A DNA stretch of 64,000 nt from an uncultured Acidobacteriota bacterium (GTDB taxonomy: Bacteria; Acidobacteriota; Thermoanaerobaculia; Multivoradales; JAHEKO01), in contig CAVQNG010000003.1 of assembly GCA_963713825.1 (NCBI GenBank), positions 1,120,001 through 1,184,000 of the forward strand, read 5' to 3'. The notes under the pieces are model-generated. The model was not told where the DNA came from. It searched no databases and saw only the letters and a list, made by a program, of their open reading frames with translations. A program made the translations under genes and the position numbers. This document shows positions 51,913-64,000 of this stretch, one piece after another (within the stretch, counting starts at the first letter, position 1; the number at the start of each line of letters is the position of its first letter).

Positions 51913-52926
51913 ATGGCAGGTGACGAAATCCGAAGTGTGGACCTGCTGCGGAGCGGATCCGTCTCGTGGAACGAGTGGCGGCGCGGCAACCCCGGGGTCC
52001 AACCCCGGCTGGCGGGCGAAGATCTCTCCGAAATGGACCTCTCCGGCGCCGATCTCAGCGAGTCGGACCTGACCGACGCGGAGCTGTTTCAGACCGATCT
52101 CAGCGAGGCGAACCTCAAGATGGCGGTCATGGTCGATGCTGACCTCTCCGGGGCCAATCTGCGCGGTGCCGGCCTGTACAAGGCCCAACTCAGCCGCGCC
52201 TGCCTGATCGAGGCTCAGTTCGAACGGGCGAACGTCAGCGCCGCCAACCTATCGAATGCTGACCTGCGTGGCGCCGTCATTTGCCAGGCCGACCTCACCG
52301 AGGCCGACCTGTCCCACGCCGACCTGTCCGAGGCGGACTTCAGTGGGTCGAACCTGACGAACGCCAACATCATCGGAGCCAACCTCCGCAGCGCCAACCT
52401 CGCCGGAGCCAACCTCACCGGACTCGTGCACGGTAGTCTCGACTCCAAGATGGGTCACTACTACGGCATCCGGGGTCTGGACAGCTGCTTCGGCAACGCC
52501 CTGTTCGTCCGCGACGCCAAGGACCAGGATTATCTGGACACACTCATGAACAGCATTAACCAGACCCGGTCGACGATCAGCGGGCGGTGGAAGTTGTTCT
52601 GGTTCCACGCGTGGGGCTTGATCGACTACGGCCGCAGCCTCGGGAAGCTCGCGCTGGGAGCCTTGGGGGTGGCTCTTCTGTTCGGTCTGGTGTTCCACCT
52701 GGACGAGACCTTCCAGTGGGGGTTCTTCGACTACCCGACCACCGTCAACAGCCTTCTGACCCCGTATTACTACTCGGTGGTCACCTACACCCGACTCGGA
52801 TCGGGGGGGATCTCGCCCACCCACTGGGTTGGAGAGATCGTGCTCATCTTCGAGCGAATTCTCGGGTTCGTGACCCTGGGGCTTCTGCTATCGATCCTCG
52901 CCAATCGCGTGGCGCGAAGGAGCTGA
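51913..52926 (+). CDS. Pentapeptide-repeat protein with a C-terminal two-TM ion channel domain
   Basis: WNEWRR start, A(D/N)Lxx repeats, YYSVVTYTRLG pore-helix-like segment, E.ILG...LGLL. Confidence 0.85.
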   Translation: MAGDEIRSVDLLRSGSVSWNEWRRGNPGVQPRLAGEDLSEMDLSGADLSESDLTDAELFQTDLSEANLKMAVMVDADLSGANLRGAGLYKAQLSRACLIEAQFERANVSAANLSNADLRGAVICQADLTEADLSHADLSEADFSGSNLTNANIIGANLRSANLAGANLTGLVHGSLDSKMGHYYGIRGLDSCFGNALFVRDAKDQDYLDTLMNSINQTRSTISGRWKLFWFHAWGLIDYGRSLGKLALGALGVALLFGLVFHLDETFQWGFFDYPTTVNSLLTPYYYSVVTYTRLGSGGISPTHWVGEIVLIFERILGFVTLGLLLSILANRVARRS

Positions 52927-52965
52927 GGCGATGGGAACACCGGGTACCACACCCCGAGGCCTGTC

Positions 52966-56778
<3,813 letters not shown>

Positions 56779-56788
56779 GGAGAAGGGA

Positions 56789-57151
56789 ATGGCGAGAATC
56801 CTGCTCGTGGAAGACAACGAGATGAACCGCGACATGCTCACGCGTCGGCTGTCCAAGCGGGGCCATGAGGTGTTGATCGCAGTCGACGGGCGCCAGGGAG
56901 TCGATGTGGCGGTCTCCTCGTCCCCTGACATCATCCTGCTCGATATGAGCCTTCCCGTGATGGACGGCTGGGAGGCCGCACGCCGTCTCAAGGCCGACTC
57001 GGCGACCAACCACGTCCCAATTATCGCGCTCACCGCTCACGCCATGGCGGGAGACCGCGAGAAGTGCCTCGAGGCTGGCTGCGACGATTACGACACCAAA
57101 CCGGTGGAGTTCAAGAGGCTACTGGCCAAGATCGACGCCCTGCTGAGGTGA
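56789..57151 (+). CDS. Single-domain response regulator (DivK-like)
   Basis: ILLVEDN, LLDMSLPVMDG, IIALTAHAM, KP. Confidence 0.93.
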   Translation: MARILLVEDNEMNRDMLTRRLSKRGHEVLIAVDGRQGVDVAVSSSPDIILLDMSLPVMDGWEAARRLKADSATNHVPIIALTAHAMAGDREKCLEAGCDDYDTKPVEFKRLLAKIDALLR

Positions 57152-57262
57152 CGGGTGGGGCCGACCGAGCTAGCGACCCGGATTGGATGGGAATAGCTAG
57201 CGCCGTCAAGGCACAACAGCGGTCCACTCAGTCGCAACGCCGCTCTCGAGCCAGGAGCGGAC

Positions 57263-57297
57263 AAGAAAAGGCCCGGAGCGCAAGCACGCCCCGGGCC
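57263..57297 (-). terminator. Rho-independent terminator
   Basis: Minus strand GGCCCGGGGCG-loop-CGCTCCGGGCC followed by TTTTCTT, after gene 57342-58424. Confidence 0.75.
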
Positions 57298-57341
57298 GAT
57301 CTAGCTCTTCTCCTGCGCTTCAGCGCAAGGACTTCGACAGT

Positions 57342-58424
57342 CTACTGTGGCGGAGTGTAGGGATCCCCTTCCTTCGCAGGGCACTCGTCCGAAAGCTCGT
57401 TGGCCTGCACGAGCATTCCCATCTTGCCACTGCACACCATATTTATGACCTCTCCCACCCCGTAGGGATAGTAGACCGATGGATGCAAGGCGTTCAGGAG
57501 GGCGGCCGTGCCATGACGACCGATCTTGTTGAGACCGCCACCCTTCAGGCGAATGGTCTCGGTCAGATACTTGGGATCGAGCTCGGTGTATTCGCAGACC
57601 GCGAAGTACTCTTCCCAGATGGTTTCCATGCCGGAGGTCAGCGAATCGACCGGCCAGTAGTTGCCCTGCTTCTTGGAGCCGTCGTGGTTCTTCCAGAAGC
57701 CCGGGGTGCAGCCGCTGCCTCCCCGCCGCTGGTAGACGATGTCGTCGATGGCTCCGGATCCCTGGATCCACACCTCCATCCTCCGGACTCCAGGCGTGTC
57801 GAACAGGTCGACCACGTGCTTGCCGTTGCCAGGATCGTTGTTCAGGATCGGGAAGGTGCCGAGTAGCGTGTCGTCCGCATCGTAGAGCTCGACGCGTGGA
57901 TTGGGACCGTTGCCGTCGATGTCGATGAAATCGATGCTCGTTGCGACGATATCGAACGGGAAGGTAAAGGTGACCACTGCCTCAGGAATCGAGTTGGAAT
58001 ACCCGATGTCATTCGGCGAATCCACGAGTCCGTCCGAGCCCACCGACCCATCCGAATTCGTGCAGGTGTCGGACACGTCTCTTTCGTTGATGATCAGGAC
58101 CATGCCCTGGGGGGTGCAGTTCTCGAATTCTCCACCAGCACCGACCGCCGGGTCGAAACCGTTCCCGGGTCCGCCGCAGGCGCCCGAAGGCGTTCCCAGA
58201 TCCAGATCCCTGACTGGTCCACATAGCCTCGGCGTTGTGAACGACGAGTCGAAGGCCACGGCAAAGTTGCCAGCGGCCTGTGGATTCACGCCGGAGATCA
58301 TCGCATCCCCCGACATCGTGATGAAATCACCATGCTCGAACTCTTCGAAATCGATCACTGCGGCCTGCACGCCCACCGAGGCGAGAGCTACCGCCAAAAT
58401 GCCTATCCATATCTTCCTTCCCAT
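57342..58424 (-). CDS. Secreted hypothetical protein (beta-sandwich-like N-part; C-terminal GCTPGFWKNH domain)
   Basis: AAGGAG RBS; signal peptide ending VQA; VIDFE start; GAIDDI; GCTPGFWKNH...AALLN. Confidence 0.75.
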   Translation of the reverse strand: MGRKIWIGILAVALASVGVQAAVIDFEEFEHGDFITMSGDAMISGVNPQAAGNFAVAFDSSFTTPRLCGPVRDLDLGTPSGACGGPGNGFDPAVGAGGEFENCTPQGMVLIINERDVSDTCTNSDGSVGSDGLVDSPNDIGYSNSIPEAVVTFTFPFDIVATSIDFIDIDGNGPNPRVELYDADDTLLGTFPILNNDPGNGKHVVDLFDTPGVRRMEVWIQGSGAIDDIVYQRRGGSGCTPGFWKNHDGSKKQGNYWPVDSLTSGMETIWEEYFAVCEYTELDPKYLTETIRLKGGGLNKIGRHGTAALLNALHPSVYYPYGVGEVINMVCSGKMGMLVQANELSDECPAKEGDPYTPPQ

Positions 58425-58538
58425 ACCGGATCTCCTTTTAGGGATGTCCATTGCTGTCTCTTTTCTCATTTCCCGCTGAGCGACGGATTCAGATTCCACC
58501 CTCAACGGCGAGCCCTTCTGGCTCTTCAGCAGCTCGTT

Positions 58539-58646
58539 CCGGCAGTCTGGCGATCTAGGTGCTTGCCTCGATGCGGTTCAGCGAAGAAAGCGGCGAAGAC
58601 CCATGACTTTGCGCCCCCGACTCACGTCGAGTTTGCCCTTTTCGGC
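58539..58646 (-). promoter_or_regulatory. Cyclic di-GMP-I (GEMM-I) riboswitch
   Basis: Minus strand AAAGGGCAAACTCGAC-GTGA-GTCGGGGGCGCAAAGTCATGGGTCT...GATCGCCAGACTGCCGG, about 115 nt upstream of the secreted-protein start. Confidence 0.85.
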
Positions 58647-58766
58647 GTCTACAGTTCGAAGGTAGAGCTTGTCCGGCGGAAAGTCAACAGAGTTTCTAAC
58701 ATATAGGCATTCAGCTATTTATCGCTGGCGCCTCCATGAGAACTGCTGGCTCGAGTCCCGTAAGCG

Positions 58767-60086
58767 TCACCGATCAACCTGCACATTGGAAAGGCTCTTC
58801 CTGAAGGACGGCAGCAGGACGAGATTGCCCATCAATCGCCCACCAAGAAAGGCGGCTGCCGCTGCCACTGCGCCGACGAAGTCCCTTTGCACCACCAGAA
58901 AGATCAGGATTGCGGCGATCGTGGTGATCTCAGCGACGGTGGCCCAGGTGATCGGACGGGTATTCCTCGAGTGCATCAGGACTCCACGCTGGAGTGACAG
59001 CAGCACGGACAGAGCCGGAAGGGGAATCAGTATGCAAGCCGGCAGTAAGGCGAACTGGTAGAGCTCTGCATCGAGCCCGGAGAGGGTCTGGAACCAGAGC
59101 TCCGACAGCGGTGTTGCAACGATGATGGCCAGACCGATCGAAGTTGCGAGCCCGAGAGTGGCGGCAAAGCGCATGACCGGTCCGCGATTCGAGGCGCTGC
59201 GACCGAGTATTGCGATCACGACTTCCTGATAGGCGAGCCCGAGAGCGCGAAAGATGAAGGTGAGTGCGTTGATCACCGGCAGCACTGCCAGCGATTCCAG
59301 AGACCCTACGGCATGACCCATGAAGAACGTCACCATGGGATGGGCGGCCAGACCGACAACAGAAGTCCAGGCGAGCGGCAGATAGAACCTCCAGATGTCC
59401 CCATAGGTCAGAGGTGTTCCAGTGGGCGCGTCCGCAGAGGACAGGTAGCGGACCTCGCTGTTAGCGAGATACCGGACAACGGCTGCCTCGACCAGGACTC
59501 CCATGCTGAGAGCGCAGGCGGCGACCCAGGCTCCGGGCAGGTCGCTGACGAGAAACACCACCAAGGCCGTCGCGGTCATGGAGGTCAGCCGGACCGCGGT
59601 GCCGTACGCCACCAGGCGTGTCGAGCCGCTGCGAATCAGGAGGCCCTGATGAAATCGTCGGTAGCCGATCGCGGCTGGCCAGGGCAACAGAATCGCCATG
59701 GCGCCGCGGGTGAGCTGCGCGATCCTCTCGTCGAGCCCGATCCACCCTTGAAGCACCAACTCATAGGCGGGAGTGGCGACGAGGACGAGCATTCCCAACG
59801 TCATCAGAACGTTGAGGATCATCGTGAATCGGCGTAGGCGAATGTATGAGTTTCTGCCGTCGACCAGTGCCGTTGCGGCACCCAACATCATGATGACGGG
59901 CGCTTCTATGATGATGGCCATCGCGAAGGCCACGCCGTGGGCCGCCAGGTTGTAGCGCGGGTCGGGCAGTCTGGCGATGAGAGCAGCGAGGAATGGCCCC
60001 TCGCAGGCCATCATCAACCACGTCGATGCCAGCGGTAGCCAGAACCGCAGGATGTCCCGCTGACGCAGTGGGGTCGGCGTCGTCAT
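58767..60086 (-). CDS. MATE/ANKH-like multi-pass membrane transporter
   Basis: About 12 TM segments with an internal repeat (ILRFWLPLA / IWRFYLPLA). Confidence 0.75.
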   Translation of the reverse strand: MTTPTPLRQRDILRFWLPLASTWLMMACEGPFLAALIARLPDPRYNLAAHGVAFAMAIIIEAPVIMMLGAATALVDGRNSYIRLRRFTMILNVLMTLGMLVLVATPAYELVLQGWIGLDERIAQLTRGAMAILLPWPAAIGYRRFHQGLLIRSGSTRLVAYGTAVRLTSMTATALVVFLVSDLPGAWVAACALSMGVLVEAAVVRYLANSEVRYLSSADAPTGTPLTYGDIWRFYLPLAWTSVVGLAAHPMVTFFMGHAVGSLESLAVLPVINALTFIFRALGLAYQEVVIAILGRSASNRGPVMRFAATLGLATSIGLAIIVATPLSELWFQTLSGLDAELYQFALLPACILIPLPALSVLLSLQRGVLMHSRNTRPITWATVAEITTIAAILIFLVVQRDFVGAVAAAAAFLGGRLMGNLVLLPSFRKSLSNVQVDR

Positions 60087-60185
60087 CGCCGATCAGCATA
60101 GCTTCGCCAGTCACGCGAAGCGAGCGGCAAGGGCTCCGGCTGAACCCTGGAGTCTCTTACCACCTCAGCCGGGAACAAATGCCGC

Positions 60186-62801
60186 TCAGTAGCCCGGCTG
60201 CTCGTTGTGGTCGTAGCAAAGTACTGTGGTTTCGGCGCAGGGTTCGGCCGGCCCCAGAGTGGGGGCCGCCGCCAGGGCCGCGGCCGAGGTCGTGGCAAAC
60301 GGGCCCCACTTGATCGTCAGGCCGTCCTGATCGAGGCGGTAGGCTGCAGCCTGGTAGACGCCTCCGCCGGCCCAGCCGATGTCTCGCCAAAGGATGAGAA
60401 GGCTCGAGGATGTCCGTTGCAGCAGCTCGCCGGCCGGCTCCGAGGTCTCGATCACCGAAGTGTCAGGCATGGTCCACGAGAAGGGCTGGTAGTCGGCCCG
60501 CTGTCGAAGGATCAGGGTATCTGTGCCGGGCTCGTAGGACGACGGGTCGTACTGCCCGGTCTCTGTGGCGATCGGGGCAAAGGCGACGAGCTCGTCGGAG
60601 ACGGTACCCGCATCGGTCCGCTCGTACCAGCCGCCGAGGTTGGTGAACAGACTCGAGAAGTCGGTGTCGCCCTGCCACTGTGCGTTGCAGAGTGCTGCCT
60701 CGGCCCGCCAGGCCCACTGCAGCTGCTCAAACCGGGGCCGGAACCTTTGCGAATCGGGGTCGGCCATGTCCGCTTCCATCACCACCCCGTATGGGTCGCG
60801 ACGGATGTCGTCCATGAGCCCGAAGACGCAGGCGTTGATGAGCCTGCCCTCGACAACAGCCGAAACGTTGAACTCCATCTGTGCCCAGGGGTACTCGGGG
60901 TAGCCACCGCCGCCCACCCGGTAGCCAGCGTAGCCGGGGACCTCGTCCGCAAACGTCTGGGGCTGGGCGACAGAGTCTCCGGCGCTCACCGGGATGGGCG
61001 AGACTCCCAGCAAAAGGTCGGTGCCGGCGTCGACCCCTGTGCAGCTTTCCCAGCTCCGAGGGTCGCAGCCGGTGGCGGCGTGCACTGCGAGCGCTACGTC
61101 GTCGGCTATTCGGCCGACGTGGCCCAGCTCCATCTTCACACCCGAGTCGAGCGCCATGGCGACCTCCCAATGCGGGACGGCGTCGAAGTAATCCGACGGG
61201 GCGCCACTCTTCAATTTCATGCCGGAGATCACGCCGTCCTGGGGGGCGACGTACCATGGGATTCGCTGCCGTACCAGGAATCCATCCGCCGCCGCCCAAT
61301 AGGCACAACCACCGGCCTCCAACTCTGCAGTCGAACAGATGCCGTCGTCGTTGCCGATGCCATCACCCATGAGCTCGTCCAGCTCGCTATCGTCTGCCGG
61401 AAGAAAGCCAGAGAAATTGGCCTTGCGATCACCGAAGACGTGATTGCCGACGGGGGAGAAATGGCCGCCGTAGCCGCCGAGGGCGACGTGGATCGGATCA
61501 CCTGCGGTGGGGACCTCGAGCCGGCTATCGCCCGACTGGATCGCCGCGGAGATCCACGGCAAGTCGAAGACCGGCTGCTGGTCGCCGCTGATCTTCCAGA
61601 CGCCGCTATCCGCCGCGAAGACGCCGAGCTGATTGTGAGTCTGGGGTGCGAGCATGTCGTCGCGGGTGTCGAGATAGACCTGCCGGCCCCCCCCGCTTGC
61701 AGGCATGCCGGAACGGATCTGGCGGAAGTCGACTCCCTGTGGGCGGGACAGGATCGCTCGCTCGTTGGCTTCGTCGATGGTGGCGATCCGGGAGACATCC
61801 AGCACCGTGAACTCGATGTCGGTCCAGGCGGCCATCTCGCTGGCGAAGTCCGTGAACAACCCGGCCAGAGTCGTACCGTCGTGGAAGTAGTCGTCGGCGA
61901 ACGACGGGTGGGGTGAGGTGAACGGGACGCCCGACTCGAGCTGATCCGCGATTGTGGCGAGAGTGGACAGGACCTCGGCGACATCGCCCGAGGTAGTGCC
62001 GTCGATGAAACCGCCGAGCAACGTCCCTGACTGTGACCCGGCACAGTCGATGAGGTTGAAGCTGCCGAAATAGAGATCGACGGAGGGATCGAAGGTGGCC
62101 TCGAGAAGAGAGCCGGCCGAACAGCCCCCATCGAGGTCGAGCCCGATCGTCACCGCCTCGCCGACGGTCGAGAAGGAGGTCACTCCGCCATCCTGTCCCC
62201 ACGGTGGTGTCTGCTGCGTTCCGGACCAACTGCCCGCCACCAGATGCCCCTCCGCATCAAGGGCCACGGCCAGGCTGACAAAGTGGGGGGTCGAGAGGCC
62301 GTCGGTGGAGTCGGCGACAACGAAGCGACGTTCGACGAGCTCCTCCGACCAGCGCACGAGCTCGACCGTCTGGTTGGGGAGATCGCCGGTCAGAGCGAGG
62401 GTTGCTCGCCCTCCCTCGACCGGGCCGGACAGGGTGACGATCCTGTCTCCTGAGGGGCGGCCCAGGGCGAGCTCCAGATCGAGCACGCCGCCGGTGTAGG
62501 CCCCTGACCGCATGACCCAGCTCTCGCTAGTCCCGAGCAGGTAGCCGAGAAGCTCTCCGTCGGCCCGTTGATGTAGCTGAACCGCTAGGGGTCGGGCGAC
62601 CTCACCGGGAAACACCAGAGCGCCTATCCAGGTACCCTCCACGTCGGCAGGAGGAAGACAAGTTGCCTCCCAGGCGCACAGATCCCCTGACTCGAAGCTG
62701 TCGAGGAAGAGTGGAGTTGCGGCATCGACTCCGGATGCCATCGAGGAGCCGATGGCGACCCCCAGCGCGACCGCCGCGCAACGAAAAATAGACGATCTCA
62801 T
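60186..62801 (-). CDS. Large secreted hypothetical protein
   Basis: Signal peptide; LFLDSFESGDLCAW motif; acidic and Cys-containing; possible degenerate M23-like segment. Confidence 0.75.
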   Translation of the reverse strand: MRSSIFRCAAVALGVAIGSSMASGVDAATPLFLDSFESGDLCAWEATCLPPADVEGTWIGALVFPGEVARPLAVQLHQRADGELLGYLLGTSESWVMRSGAYTGGVLDLELALGRPSGDRIVTLSGPVEGGRATLALTGDLPNQTVELVRWSEELVERRFVVADSTDGLSTPHFVSLAVALDAEGHLVAGSWSGTQQTPPWGQDGGVTSFSTVGEAVTIGLDLDGGCSAGSLLEATFDPSVDLYFGSFNLIDCAGSQSGTLLGGFIDGTTSGDVAEVLSTLATIADQLESGVPFTSPHPSFADDYFHDGTTLAGLFTDFASEMAAWTDIEFTVLDVSRIATIDEANERAILSRPQGVDFRQIRSGMPASGGGRQVYLDTRDDMLAPQTHNQLGVFAADSGVWKISGDQQPVFDLPWISAAIQSGDSRLEVPTAGDPIHVALGGYGGHFSPVGNHVFGDRKANFSGFLPADDSELDELMGDGIGNDDGICSTAELEAGGCAYWAAADGFLVRQRIPWYVAPQDGVISGMKLKSGAPSDYFDAVPHWEVAMALDSGVKMELGHVGRIADDVALAVHAATGCDPRSWESCTGVDAGTDLLLGVSPIPVSAGDSVAQPQTFADEVPGYAGYRVGGGGYPEYPWAQMEFNVSAVVEGRLINACVFGLMDDIRRDPYGVVMEADMADPDSQRFRPRFEQLQWAWRAEAALCNAQWQGDTDFSSLFTNLGGWYERTDAGTVSDELVAFAPIATETGQYDPSSYEPGTDTLILRQRADYQPFSWTMPDTSVIETSEPAGELLQRTSSSLLILWRDIGWAGGGVYQAAAYRLDQDGLTIKWGPFATTSAAALAAAPTLGPAEPCAETTVLCYDHNEQPGY

Positions 62802-62906
62802 CTTGGATTCCGAAGCGCAGTATAGACCAACAGGGCAACGGTGCCCCAGGTCGCTAGGACCGGGAGTTCGTTTCTCGAGGTGTCGGGCCAGCTATTGAAG
62901 CCGGAA

Positions 62907-63518
62907 TCATGTGTTGGAGGCGTTCACCACGAACCCGGTAACGAGCTCGATCGCTTCGGCCCGGGTAATGCGATCCTCTTGTGTCAGCGAACGCCAGGCC
63001 TGAAAGTCGACGGCGTGGCGCGTTGCGGCCAGCAGTAGATGCCGCCTTCGACCTCGAGCGGCCCAGCCGGTGGCCAGGATCTCGGCCACCTCGTCGAGGT
63101 ACTCCTTCATGGGAACAAGCGTCGGGCGCAGATCTTCGATGAGCTCGGCGTCCCGCAGGACGTTGCTGAACATTCGCTCGGTGCTCTCATAGTACGCGTA
63201 GAGATCGTCCAGCACTTGCTCGAGTCGCTGGCGAGGGTCGCTGATCTTCCGCCAGGGCTCGATGTCGGGTAGCGGATGTTCTGCGAAGAAGTGTGCTGAA
63301 CAAGCCCCGAAGAGATCGGCTTCGGTGGGGAAGTGGCGGTAGACGGTGTGGCGCTGCACGCCTGCCCGGTCTGCGACTGCGCTCAATGTTGTGCGGGCTG
63401 GCCCGACCGTCCCGTGGAGCTCGGCGGCAGCCGCGGCGATTCTCTGCCGAGTCTCAATCATCGTGTCGGCTCGCTTCTTGAGCTGGTATCTGCGCTTCGA
63501 TGTCTTTTCATGTGCCAT
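62907..63518 (-). CDS. TetR/AcrR family transcriptional regulator
   Basis: TRQRIAAAA.ELH...G...TTLSAVADRAGV...TVYRHFP. Confidence 0.92.
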   Translation of the reverse strand: MAHEKTSKRRYQLKKRADTMIETRQRIAAAAAELHGTVGPARTTLSAVADRAGVQRHTVYRHFPTEADLFGACSAHFFAEHPLPDIEPWRKISDPRQRLEQVLDDLYAYYESTERMFSNVLRDAELIEDLRPTLVPMKEYLDEVAEILATGWAARGRRRHLLLAATRHAVDFQAWRSLTQEDRITRAEAIELVTGFVVNASNT

Positions 63519-63534
63519 GGTTGTGCAATGAATA

Positions 63535-63563
63535 TTGACATGATGCGGCTCTCTCTGTACAGT
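63535..63563 (+). promoter_or_regulatory. Sigma70-type promoter for the AhpD-like gene
   Basis: TTGACA, 17-nt spacer, TACAGT, in the TetR divergent intergenic region. Confidence 0.7.
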
Positions 63564-63606
63564 GCAATTCATCAACCAAGCACGTGCAACAAAAATGGAG
63601 GGCTAC

Positions 63607-64000
63607 ATGGCCCGAATCAAGACCGTTTCAGAAAACGAGGCCCGCGGCATCCAGCGCGCACTTGTCTGGCACACAAAGCGTCAATATGGCTATCTGCCGG
63701 GGATCTTCAAGATTCTCCTGCCGGACTTCGGACTGGCGCGACATGTGGGAGCCATCTACAACCATCTCCAGCTTCGCGCGGGCTCGCCGTTGAGCCGTCT
63801 GCAACGCGAGATGATCGCTGTGGTGGTGAACGGTCACATCAGCGGCGCGCCGTGACTGGCTCTCCATACGACGGCCGTGCGCCGTCTCACAGGGGATGAG
63901 CACCTCTCCAGCGAGTTTGCAACTACCTGGCAGACCTACGATCTCGACGAGGGGACCCAGAGCCTGCTCGCCTATGCCGAGAAGCTCACGAAGTCCCCGA
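63607..64000 (+). CDS. Carboxymuconolactone decarboxylase/AhpD-like peroxidase, probable selenoprotein (UGA at 63853); partial
   Basis: SPLSRLQREMIAVVVN...GAP-TGA-LALH. The frame continues with family-typical W...DLDE....LLAYAEKLT..P, and a hairpin follows the UGA. Confidence 0.75.

Overview
GC-rich bacterial window, most consistent with Acidobacteriota (Thermoanaerobaculia-like). This is an inference from gene content and an 'FxDxFESGD' motif protein. 1-25.3 kb is core-like. It holds a cobalamin riboswitch with btuBFDC, an FAH-family hydrolase, a complete contiguous F1Fo ATP synthase operon (long insertion in alpha, Planctomycetota-like look), RDD and TPR genes, mpl, DUF1573, rph, GerMN, an amidase and tRNA-Glu(CTC). 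The intergenic spaces carry a modular, structured dispersed repeat and GTAG-type REPs. From tRNA-Glu to about 43 kb is an accessory zone with several tRNA 3'-end duplications, IS481, IS91 and IS5 relics, a mobC pseudogene, a RAYT-type HUH transposase, a sulfatase and a carbonic anhydrase. It also holds an inverted-type integron relic with one clear attC cassette, and a three-gene unit: gamma-glutamylcyclotransferase, a 2-methyleneglutarate-mutase-like B12 enzyme and a ProC-like reductase. That unit is the best candidate for an undescribed system. 43-64 kb holds a DUF1254/DUF1214 cluster with a TPR regulator, a pentapeptide-repeat channel with a non-canonical filter, a hybrid kinase and response regulator, a secreted protein behind a c-di-GMP-I riboswitch, a MATE-like transporter, a large secreted protein, and TetR divergent from a probable AhpD-like selenoprotein that runs off the end. 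All family calls come from motif recognition and recall; no searches were run.
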